Shown piece after piece: positions 10,951 through 21,286 of a stretch of DNA of 32,198 nt. Position 1 is the stretch's first letter; each line of letters starts with the position of its first letter. The notes beneath the pieces were generated by a model, which saw only the letters and a program-made list of their open reading frames with translations, searched no databases and was not told where the DNA came from. Both the position numbers and the translations under genes were made by a program. The stretch spans positions 109,818,242 to 109,850,439 of the forward strand of contig NC_068981.1 in the NCBI RefSeq assembly GCF_001194135.2, in the 5' to 3' direction. This DNA comes from Octopus bimaculoides (Eukaryota).

Positions 10951-13479
10951 ACCAGAAAACTGTAAGGAGTAAACAAATTGAATATTGGTTGGAGAATTAT
11001 ATTTAACCAATTTGGAAATTGGATGAGAAGCAATGAGAATAATTACCGCTTTTGGAACTACTTTAACTCTTATATATGCAGTAGAGCATTCTTCTGGTCA
11101 GTTTGGGATAAGATACCTCTGAGCAGTAGTTTTCTTATTGATCAAATCCTCAAGAGGAAATCAAAACAACATAGAACAATAACCAGTTTCCTCATATTAA
11201 CCCATTCTCCAAGAAGAAAAAGTTTTCTTCTTAATTTTTCTTTCAAGTGGTTTTTGATAGTCAAATTAGAATTTGTGAACAGTAAAAGTTATATTTATTT
11301 TCACTGAAACAGCATTTGTAAAGTTGTACATTGATTTCGAGGTGGCAATACAAGATCAGAAGCAGAAAGAAATGATATATTGAAGGGAGAAAAAAACCCC
11401 CCCAAAAACATGTGATTTCAAGTAATAATGTAAGGAAAGAAACAGTGAAGTTTCAACATGATTGAGTAAAGATTAAAAATCAATGGTACCAAGTCTCCAG
11501 AAGACTAGGTAAAGTTTTGACTCAACAAATTCCTTTATGATAAATTTTATTTAAGCAAATAAATAATAATTTATGTTATCCCATGTTTTTTTATAGGTTC
11601 TTCAATTTCATGATCTTACTTTCGGCCAAAGACCCAACTGCTCTTCAAAGGTGCCAAACCAAAAGTCTGCCACAGATTGCATGGCTCGTTTTAGTATGTT
11701 GAAATTATTTTTGCCTGTTCAAAAATGAAATACATACTGAGTCGACTTAACATCATTTCCAGCAAGTTTTGATTATTGTTGATTTGATACATTCACATAC
11801 AGTTTTATCAACTACTTTCAAATTCTCAAAACCAATAACTCAGACACTACTACAATAAGATCTGTTCTCATCATTCAGAACACAATTTTTTCTGTTTCTG
11901 CTTGAAGCTTTTTGAACTTTGTATCCTTCTGATTCAAAATGTAATACAGAAATTCATTATACAGCAATTGATTTTCATCTCTATCCATTTAATTTAGAAG
12001 GAAGCAGACAGTCATATATGTGTACCTTCTGTTTGGCTCTATTAACTGTCTCTATGTCTTTTCCATCTTGGAAATACAACTGTTCACTAGATATGCTTGT
12101 GATCTATCATGCATTAGATTTTCCATTAGTCTCTATATAGATTATGGTGTATAGGCACTTCAAGAATCTGAATATTTCCTAATGAGTTTATGTGATACAT
12201 CAGTGGTTTATTGGAACTTAACTGTTCTCTACTCTTCTATATTCAAGTGTATATGTGATGGCTTTCACTGATCATTACATAATTTTTTTTGTCAGGCATA
12301 AGGTATCTGCTATTGGACAAAATTACCCTTCCTCTTTTAAGATAGTTGAATGTAATACGAAGAAGATGCTTTTTCTAACAGGTTAATCAACTGCACAGAG
12401 GTTTCCTCATTGACTCATTTTTAACATACAAGATGATAGAATGAGTTAAGTATTTTGAGATCTGGCTACACAACTTCTCATATGTAATTGTTGCAGGTAA
12501 CATTCACTCAGACAATCCCATCTAGCACTAATTGTTTGCATCACATGTTATAGCAATATCTGTTCAACATACAACAGCCAGTACCTTTAACATCCAGATA
12601 CTCTCTCAGCTCTAATACCCAGTAGCAAGAAATCCAACTTCTGTACAAAAGATAAAAAACACCAGCTGCCAACATATGTATGCTGTACAACATAAGACAC
12701 ACACAAAATGTACAAACCATTCAGAAAGTGGCTGGGGGAAGAAATACCTAGGGAAGGAGGCATAAAAGAACAATGTGTGACAAAAGGTTAGAGAAACGGT
12801 AACATGTTGAAAAAGAAAGTATTCATAGACACTGTAGTGCCTAGAGTGAAGCTAAAATATTCCTCCTGACCAACATGAAGCACATGTCATAGGGACTAAT
12901 TGATGAAGAAGTCAATCCAGATGTACAGGTAAGAGGGAATCTGAGGTGTAAATCCAAATGATCTGATACACTGAAATATTGGTCCACAAGTTTGGAAACA
13001 TTCATGGAACTGATTGCCCAAATCACAGCTAGTTTTGCCTGCAGTTGAATGAGTCAGTGATGTGGAGGTGAGATTTCAGACTTGTTACACTTCAAGTAAT
13101 GGACAAGTATAGCATTTGGGTTAGGTCCATTTAATGGATCTCTGATGAGCTTGGTTTTGGGACATGAGAAATTCTGTTCAATAAACTCAGTGTGATTTCA
13201 GAGTCAATGAGTAGAAAGCAGAAATTATAATAGAAGTGGTATTGGGTGGAAACTTAGAGAAAACAAACTGATTCATGGGTGTGTGTGAATGCTATGTTTT
13301 GATGAATGATCTGTAAAGAAAATAGTACATTGCTTTGGCTTTGAAATTTAAGTCCAAGTTTATACTATGTGAGTGGGCAAAGAGAAAAAATTGTGATTTC
13401 TGTTCAAACCTAATGCTATATTGAATGCAGCAGCTACCATTTAAAGTGATTTATTTCTCCTCCTGCTGAATGAGCTATT

Positions 13480-13720
13480 CTTAGTAGAGAAAAGCTTCTA
13501 AGATTAGGTCATTCAGCGGTAAGTTGCACAAATTCAAAATGCTGTCAGACTCGGCTGAAAGTTTTTCATTAAAATCATGGAACAACAGATTTTAATTATG
13601 AGCAAAATTCATTCCTGTACAACTTGGTTGACTTGTTCATCAATAAGTCCCTCTGATGTTCTTGAAGTTGGTCAACCCTTTGTACATGATGCACTCTAAA
13701 ACACCACAGCTGAAGGGACA
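13480..13720 (-). mobile_element. Possible mariner-type transposase remnant
   Basis: Weak resemblance of G*PTSRT...V.QVV.E and a downstream KLTAE*P to mariner GRP.TS...V and KV.ARWVP motifs. Heavily decayed. Confidence 0.25.
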
Positions 13721-14269
13721 TTAACATTAAATAAACTATAGCTTCGTAAACAAGTCTTTATAAAGGAGTGCTTTTGTCAACTGAGCAAACTCTCTGATTT
13801 ATGGGAAGTTATCTCCACAACTAGAAAATTGCATATTGATCACTTTTTCTTCCCCACTCTACTTTCAGTAACCTCAGCTTTAAAATACCTTAAGCCTCCA
13901 ATATCTAGTTCCCTTGGTTGTTGAATCTGCTTATAGTTACTTCACAATCTGCTTCCCAATCATGTTCAATAAATATGTCACCCTATGTTGCTGCTATACC
14001 CATATTTACTATAAATATGAAACCTTTATACTCTATTAAATCCCAAACCAACAACTTATCAACCCTACAAATAGATCTTTGACTATCACTGCAAGTTTGA
14101 ACTTACTTCCATTACAACACTCCTCTGTTTACCTGACTGTGTCATTCTAAATTGCTTTTAAGTTTCTGATGTGGTTTACAAAAAGATAATGGAGTAGCTG
14201 GAGGGACAAAGATGAACAACTTTATAGGCTACATTCAGACCCAGTTTTGAGGGATGATTTCTTTGATGG

Positions 14270-14560
14270 TTTCATTCTCTTAGCTTTTGATCTTAACTGA
14301 TTGGAAGTGTTATCATGTACATGTTTTGTTTTGGTGTTAAAAAATGGGCTACAACAAATATCTTGCTCAATAGTACAGATTTGCTTGTCAATTGTTTGAC
14401 CTTAACCAGATGAGAATGTTCCTTAGTGGCTGATGATATGTGTGTCTCTGATCATGAGAAGGAGTAGTGGAGGAACATTATAGCTATGTGCTGAGAGGGA
14501 TTCTTTTGGATTTGAATAATTTATCTCTGAAAACACAAGCATCTTGTTCATCATCTTGAA
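14270..14560 (+). repeat. Unclassified interspersed repeat (inverted partner of 5200-5470)
   Basis: Direct alignment to the reverse complement of 5200-5470 over about 270 bp; this copy may extend further on both sides. Confidence 0.85.
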
Positions 14561-14834
14561 ACAACTCATATTCAGGGACCTTATGAAAGGGATGGGCTAG
14601 TCAACCAGAAAAAAATTCTAACTAAGCAAGATCATGTACTGTTATCTGCAAGGTCGTGCACTGTTTATCTTGTTATGATGTCACCATGTTGTGCATATGT
14701 GGCTATGATGCATGTGCCTAGTGTATCCTTATCAGATGAGTAGTCAGATGGATATATTGAGCTTTGTATATTTGCATTCCAGTGTCACTTTGCTGACATG
14801 TGCTGCCTTCCCACCCAATACTGATAATAATAAT

Positions 14835-15038
14835 CCTTTCTACTATAGGTCAAGGCCGCATATCTTGTGGGTGGAGCAAGTTGATTATATCAACCCCAGT
14901 GCTCAACTGGTACAAATTTTATTGACCCTTAATGGACGAAAGGCAAAGCTGACATGGGCAACAGTTGAATGCAGAATGTAAACTAGAAGAAATTACACAA
15001 AGCATTTTGTCTGATGTGGTAATGATTCTGCCAATTTA

Positions 15039-15041
<3 letters not shown>
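14835..15041 (-). mobile_element. SINE family B
   Basis: cctttctactataggtcaagg...attgacccttaatggacgaaaggcaaagctgac...aagcattttgtc, flanked by (AAT)3 and (AAT)19. Confidence 0.8.

Positions 15042-15098
<57 letters not shown>
15042..15098 (+). repeat. (AAT)19 microsatellite
   Basis: Perfect trinucleotide run of 57 nt. Confidence 0.97.
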
Positions 15099-15800
15099 TG
15101 AACCTGAATCCGGTTATAAACTTGTGTGCAGTCGCAGTAGTTTGGTATGGTACTGGAATTTGAAGTGGACAGAGGAGGAACTGAAAGAGCTGGACAGGAA
15201 GACAGAGCTCCTAATGATGCATGGAGCCCATCATCCATGTGCAGACAGTGATAAGTATGAAAGACTGCATACATATCGAATTCAGGAACTTAATGAGATA
15301 CCTATCCCAAAGTAAGGAAACTTTGCTAGTGTCAGTTAGGAATGCGTGAGTATTGAAAGCAGAGAAAAAGGGAAAAACAAAGGAAGCAGTTCAAAAAGGA
15401 CAGGAAGAACAAAGGACTACACAATCAATTCCATGTAGCCACAACTGAAGTTGCTAGAAAACATAGGTGGAATTGGTTGATGAAAGGAACACTGAAAAAA
15501 AGAGGCAGTGCAAGAACAAGCTTTGGTGATGAATTGGAAATGAAGAAGGTGAAGATAGCTGTTGTTGGGTCCTTTGGGGAGAGTATCAGAAGGTATCAGG
15601 AGAAATATAAAGGAAATCAAAACAGAGTACCCAGCAGAACTGTTACAAAAGGTTTGCCCTCTTGGCATGGCCAGAATAATCAGAAAAATATTAGATAGTT
15701 GAAAAGAACAGGTAGCATGATACCATAGGCTCAGGCAGTAAGCCTGCTACACATGCAAGACTCTAGGAGTTACAATAAAGCTGAAGATAAAAAAATAAAT
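15099..15800 (+). mobile_element. R4/Dong-clade element, 5'-truncated and internally deleted
   Basis: Peptides AVAVVWYGTGI/KWTEEELKELDRKT..MMHGAHHP.AD, WNWLMKGTLKKE..QEQAL and VKIAVVGSFG, followed by a short 3' UTR. Begins and ends in (AAT)n. Confidence 0.75.
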
Positions 15801-15809
15801 AATAATAAT

Positions 15810-16022
15810 CCTTTCCCTATAGGTACAAGACCTGAAATTTGGAGGAAGGGGTTAAGTCAATTACATTGACCCCAGTACTTAACTGGTACATAATTTATCG
15901 ACTCCAAAAGGATGAAAGGCAAAGTCGACCTTGGTAGGATTTGGACTCAGAACATAAAAATGGATGAAATGCCTCTAAGCATTTTGTCTGGCATGCTAAC
16001 AATTCTGTCAGCTAGCTACCTT
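15810..16022 (-). mobile_element. SINE family B
   Basis: cctttccctataggtacaagacctgaaa...gactccaaaaggatgaaaggcaaagtcgaccttgg...ggactcagaac...ctacctt, with (AAT)n at both ends. Confidence 0.85.
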
Positions 16023-16544
16023 AATAATGATGATGATAATAAAAGTAATAATAATAATTTGTTTTATTTGGCACAGGGTATCAGATGACATGGATTACAA
16101 GGATGGTTTACAATTTGTGAGGGGGTTTACATAAAAAGATGAAGGGAAAGAAAGAGGTAAGGAGGAGAAAATGAGGTAAAAAGTACACATAATGTACAAA
16201 ATATGTGAACACATGGATGATGAAATCCTCCTCATATGGAAAAATACCCAAATAGGGTGGATCAAGAAAGTTCACAGATCCAGGATTCTGCTGATCACTT
16301 GTCACACCTAAAATGATTAGTTCTGACAGCATTTTTTCAGTCAAATAACATGTATAAAAGTCATGTATCTCTATTTGACAATAAGTCTTGACTATGTAAT
16401 GTACGTCATGTTAATAATTCTCTTGAGTTAATGAAATGAGCATAAGATGGTGTATCTAATAAGCAATCTCTCTTTTTTTAAAATTTTATTTTGTGTGTGT
16501 GTATGAGTGCGCAATGTATGTATAACTGTGTTCACTTCTCATCT

Positions 16545-16710
16545 ACATAGCTTCAGCCACTGTGTGATGCCTTTGGTAAGAAGCCTCTGCCACAGCTCCA
16601 GACCAACCAATGCTTTATTAAGAAATTTGGTAAACAGAAACTGGAAGAAACCTGATGTATAAGTATATATCTATGTGTCTGTATGTATGTGTCTGTGTGG
16701 TTGTGTACAA
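16545..16710 (+). mobile_element. SINE family A fragment, decayed
   Basis: ttcagccactgtgtgatgcctttggtaag...atttggtaaacagaaactggaagaa followed by a (TA/GT)n stretch, as in the other A copies. Confidence 0.6.
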
Positions 16711-18514
16711 GCTATGCTGAGTTACAGCTATGACATTTGTTAATACATCCTGTTAACAAATCATCTGCTAGTTCTAATCTTTCAAATTCCTCTGGAACAG
16801 AAGATCCTTTCCATGTAAAACAAGTAAAGGCTGGTGTCAGAGAAGAGCATCTGACATAAATCCTGCCTTGATTATATCTTTATCTAATCCATGAGAGAAT
16901 GGGAAAATGGATAACTAATGAACAATAAATACAAACTTCTGACTTCCTAAATTGTGTGCATGTGTGTGTGCACACATGCGCGTATAGTCTGGCTGTATTG
17001 AGGTTCAACATGATCAATGCTGAAGTTGTAAACTACCAGTTTGTTCTCTTTAAAAGATGGCTTTGGGTCAAAATTCTGAAGATAAAGTGAGATTAAATCA
17101 GAGAATTTCACTTTCCTGGTATTAATTTATGATATTCACCATTAACTTCTATCTTGCTAGAAAGGCAAATTCATTTTTGTATAGTATCCTATAAAATGGA
17201 GTCCAATTAATTAAATGTAGAAAAGTAAATGTGTATGCACAGGGTGAAGGAGAAAATTTATATCGTACCTACCCAACTAAACCACCTTGAAGTCAATATT
17301 GTTAATCAACAACTTAACAGAAATGACTGCTATACTGGAGACAAAATCCTATTTCCCAATAAAGCACTGTATCATAGTTATTATGAGACTGATTTGGTGG
17401 CAATATCAACAGCAAGCTATTTACAAAGCATAGCAACAACAACCAACACCTCGATCTCAGCCTCTCATCTTGTCAATATGAAATATGGTTTTGGCATCAA
17501 AGGAAATTAATATATTTCTCTTCAATGGTTATTTCTACAAGATTTATACACTCTAGAGAGAGAAATTGTTTTTCTACTGAAAAGCTAAACCAACCAATGA
17601 TTGTTTGTCAGTATATTCTTCACAAGTGAATGAAAGTTCTATCATATTATAAAATATGTAATCATAACCCTCATAATGTGTTTTCATAAAAGGTCAGCTT
17701 ATCAAGAACATAAATTCAAAACAGAAATTGCTGATGTGTAAATTGGAATGTCTGTCAGTTTAGTTGGCTGTAGCTGTTATGAATTTGTTAGTTATGGAAT
17801 CTAGCTGAACATACGTTAACAGTTCCATTGTTTGGCTATAAAAATGGTCTTTAACATGATAAGGATAATGGCTAAATGGTCAGTGTGTTGAAAATAAAAT
17901 ATCATAGATGTCTTTTTGCTAAGTATAGGTTTCAAATTTATTTCAGTGTTAGGATTTGAAAATAATTGTCTTCTCCAGGGTTGACTAATCAGAGGCATGT
18001 GAGCTAAAGCCATTTACTTTAAGAATGTACATTTATTCAATGTTGTCCTGTATAAGGAATACACAGAGAAAGTTTCATATTTTTACTATTATTATTATTA
18101 TATCTCAATTAGTCTTGCATGTATATATTTACAATAAACAAAGTTAACAGAAAACAATACAACAAATATCACTTTTAATGAATGTTCAACGAATGAGTCA
18201 TTGATGAAAACATAAAAGTTTATCTTTTAGATATAATCCATTAGCTGATTCTGCAAAGTTAAGTGGTGAACTGAGGAAGAATTTGTTCTAAATTCTGAAA
18301 CAAAAATACAAGTACTAAAAGGTTCAAGATCTTAATCACCTTGATTGCTTTAATAGACACCAAAGTTTATTATTGTAGCAAATAATAACAAACACACCCA
18401 CCAGTTGCATACTTGAAATTCTGTTGTGATTTTTGCCAATAATTGAAAAAAAATTTCCAAATGAATCATTAGCATATCATAATTAAAATTGTAGACTAGA
18501 TACATAATGAAATT

Positions 18515-18523
18515 CTCTCTCTT

Positions 18524-18555
<32 letters not shown>

Positions 18556-18556
18556 T
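18515..18556 (+). repeat. Compound (TC)n(AC)n microsatellite
   Basis: ctctctctttctctctctctcacacacacacacacacac read directly from the sequence. Confidence 0.9.
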
Positions 18557-19023
18557 GCTCCTTCTTCTATCATGTTATTAATTTGCTGTTTGAAATAGTT
18601 TTGACTTTGGGCTATTTTTCTTTTGTAAAAAGTTTTAACTACGGATTTCAGAAATTTAGCACGGCTTATTTAGCTGACAGAAAATATTGAAAAATTACTG
18701 TAAAAGTCAGTAATCAAATTTATCATCACGTTAGATTTGGAGCATTACTTTGGAAAAATTATTTCCTATCAGTTGTTCTGGAGTTAAAAAAAAAGAAAAA
18801 AAGATGGCAGTTAGAATTGCTATTTCTCAATTGCATTGATTTTAGATATGAAAAGCAAGTCTACTGAGAAATCAGTACCATCAAAAGCTGGCCAGCAGCT
18901 CTTGAAGGATTAGCATTCTCTGCCTTCCAGTTGATATATTAGATAATTACCATTTTTTCCCTAAATAACTGAAGTATTGACTGAAAGTTTCATTCAATAA
19001 TATATGTAGACATTCGCACATAC

Positions 19024-19028
<5 letters not shown>

Positions 19029-19072
<44 letters not shown>
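19029..19072 (+). repeat. (GA)22 microsatellite, (UC)n in the NUP188 pre-mRNA
   Basis: Perfect dinucleotide run about 300 nt downstream of the 81-nt exon donor in gene sense. Confidence 0.95.
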
Positions 19073-19074
<2 letters not shown>

Positions 19075-19368
19075 CTAGGGACACTTAAAGATGTGTATAT
19101 TCATACATATATATGCACATGCACACACATTTACTTGGCTTCCAGCAATTTCTAAATGCTTCCAGCTTCATAAAAAATAAATTAAAAAATCCAACAGAAA
19201 ATGAAACAAAGAAAAATAAAAAAATAAAAAATAAAAATCAGCTTTTTACAAAGAATGACGTGCTGAAAATAAAGTTATATAAAATAAATTGTAAAAGGTT
19301 TAACATTTTTTATTTTTTTGCTTACCTAAAACATCAATAAATTAGATTTAAAATATTTTATTTCTTAC

Positions 19369-19449
19369 CTTCAAATTCTTTTCTGAATTATGGTACCCAT
19401 GTGTGAGGAAAGAACAAAAAAGATCATATGTCTGTACTTCATCCAGACC
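19369..19449 (-). CDS. NUP188: NUP188 internal coding exon (81 nt, phase 0/0): GLDEVQTYDLFCSFLTHGYHNSEKNLK
   Basis: Minus strand reads ...ttctgattctcttAG|GGT CTG GAT GAA ... TTG AAG|GTaaga, 27 codons with no stop. Aligns by eye to human NUP188 GLDEEQSVQLLQCYLQEDYRGTRDSVK (recalled) and joins in frame to the 8716-8576 exon. Confidence 0.9.
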
Positions 19450-19479
19450 CTAAGAGAATCAGAATAAGCAAAAAACAAT

Positions 19480-19503
19480 GAGAGAGAGAGAGAGAGAGAG
19501 AGA
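19480..19503 (+). repeat. (GA)12 microsatellite, (UC)n about 30 nt upstream of the exon acceptor
   Basis: Perfect run ending 30 nt before the acceptor at 19450 in gene sense. Confidence 0.95.
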
Positions 19504-19859
19504 ACCCTGTATGATTGTGTTTTAGTATGAGATATCAATTATTAGTTTCAGCATTTTTGATTAGCAGTGTTTTGACTACCTAATCTAGCTATTCATACTA
19601 AATCATAGAATAGAGAAAAGTAAAAATCAAAATCAATGACAGACTGATACTAACAAATATTTAACATTTTCCTGATATATATTGGTGACAGTTGCAGTTT
19701 TAATACTGAGAGGTAATATTTATCCTCATATGAATGTTCTGTCAGAACAAACAGTACCACAGTATAGTTTGTTCTAACAGAACATCCATGTTTAAGTGGG
19801 GATAAATATTTTCCTGATTGTTTAGTGACAAGAGGAGAAACCATAACTCATTCACTACA

Positions 19860-20010
19860 GCCCTTCTGCACAGTTTCTATCAACCCAATTTCATTCATAA
19901 AGTTGATTCAAGGTTATAGTAGCAGATACTTATCTAAAATGCTAGACAATAAGGTTGAACTGGGAACCATACTGATAGTGAAGTAAGCTTTTTACCTAAT
20001 GGCCATATGA
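19860..20010 (-). mobile_element. SINE family A, 5' half
   Basis: Reverse complement matches the A head (gttgaactgggaaccat...agtaagctttttacc...ggccat on the plus strand). Confidence 0.65.
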
Positions 20011-20220
20011 GCACACTGTGTAAAAATTAGCAATTTTTAGACTCCAGATAGATCCAAGTCAAAAAATATCATATGAGCAATGCTCCAAGCTACCCAAAAT
20101 GGTTATGGTAATAATAGGTATAATAATAATTAGATAAAAAAAGTGGAAGTCCTGTCGAGATTGGTTTACAAAATAAACTACAACCCTAAAAATTACAAAC
20201 TACAACTATTCAAATGACAA

Positions 20221-20430
20221 ATGGTTGTGTGGTAAGAAGTTTGCTTCCGAACCACATGGTTCCAGGATCAGTCCCACTGTGTGACACATTGAGCAAATGT
20301 CGACCAACAGAATAAGTACAAGGCTTACAAAGAATAAGTCCTGGGGTCAATTTCTTTGACTAAAACCTTTTAAGGCAGTGCTCCATCATGACTGCAGTCA
20401 AATGACTGAAACATGTAAAAGAATAAAACA
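20221..20430 (+). mobile_element. SINE family A, internally deleted
   Basis: The head ggttgtgtggtaagaagtttgcttcc is joined directly to the 3' part gaataagtacaaggcttacaaagaataagtcctggggtc...aatgactgaaac. Confidence 0.8.
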
Positions 20431-20444
20431 AAAAATTCAATAAG

Positions 20445-20830
20445 CACAAGTATGGCTGGGTGGTAAGAAGTTTGCTTCCCAACTACATGGTTCTGGGTTC
20501 AGTCTCACAGCATGATACCTTAGCAAGAGTTTTCTACCATTGCTCTAAGCCAAACAAAGCCTTATGTGCGAATTTGCTAGATGGAAACTGAAAGAAGCCC
20601 GTCATATATGTATATATTTACATGTGTGTAAGCTTGTGTTTGTTCCCTTGATGATCGGTGTTAATTTGTTTACATCCCTGTAACTTAACAGTTCAAGAAA
20701 AGGGACTGATAGAATAAGCGCCAGACATAAAAAATAAATACTGGGATTGATCCATTTAACTAGCACCCTTCAAGACGGTGCCTCAGTATTGCTGTAGTCC
20801 AATGAGTGAAACAGGATAAAGGATAAAATA
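20445..20830 (+). mobile_element. SINE family A, near full length
   Basis: ggctgggtggtaagaagtttgcttcccaactacatggttctgggttcagtc...gatagaataag...aatgagtgaaacaggataaaggataaa. Confidence 0.82.
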
Positions 20831-20879
20831 ATACAAAGCTTAAAGGAAATTTAAAAAAAAAACTTTTGTGAAGAAAATA

Positions 20880-20995
20880 TTTATGGCTGTATGGTAAAAA
20901 GCTTGCTTCTCAACCATGTGTCTTCTGATATAGGCTTGGGCTAATGAAAACCATGCAAGTGGATTTAGTAGACGGAAACTGAAAGAAGCTTGTAT
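20880..20995 (+). mobile_element. SINE family A, 5' fragment
   Basis: ggctgtatggtaaaaagcttgcttctcaaccatg...gatttagtagacggaaactgaaagaagc. Confidence 0.75.
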
Positions 20996-21002
20996 ATATA
21001 TA

Positions 21003-21044
21003 TCATCATCATCATCATCATCGTTTAACGTCCGCTTTCCATGC
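21003..21044 (-). mobile_element. Extreme 3' end of an RTE-family copy with a (GAT)n tail, cut by an assembly gap
   Basis: (TCA)n-tcgtttaacgtccgctttccatgc, nearly identical to 22359-22400. N gap starts at 21045. Confidence 0.75.
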
Positions 21045-21054
21045 NNNNNNNNNN
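21045..21054. other. Assembly gap (10 N)
   Basis: N run. Confidence 0.99.
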
Positions 21055-21197
21055 TATATATATATATATATATAAGAAATAATTGAGATTCAGTTGAATT
21101 AGGTACTTAAATTGAGGCACCAAGGCTGTTCGGTAAAGTGTGTGCAGCTCGAAGTTAGGTGAATAAAAAGCAAATAATCAAGGATTTCCAGGTATCA

Positions 21198-21286
21198 GTG
21201 CATTACGGCCGTTTCAAGTGGCTCCCTTTAATTGATCAATGAAAACATTACATCAATATGAAATAAACCGCTCTCCTCGGGTGCAA
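21198..21286 (-). ncRNA. Type I hammerhead-ribozyme-like motif (variant core CCGAGGA), sense to the NUP188 pre-mRNA
   Basis: Minus strand reads UUGCAC-CCGAGGA-GAGCGGUU...AGCCACUU-GAA-ACGGCCGU-A-AUGCAC: a CUGANGA-like core, 8-bp stem II with one mismatch, GAAA, palindromic stem III, GUA triplet and a short stem I. Confidence 0.55.

Noticed and set aside
13135-13200. CTGATGA...GAAA spacing suggestive of another hammerhead
   Set aside because: No convincing stem II, stem III or stem I pairing around the core.
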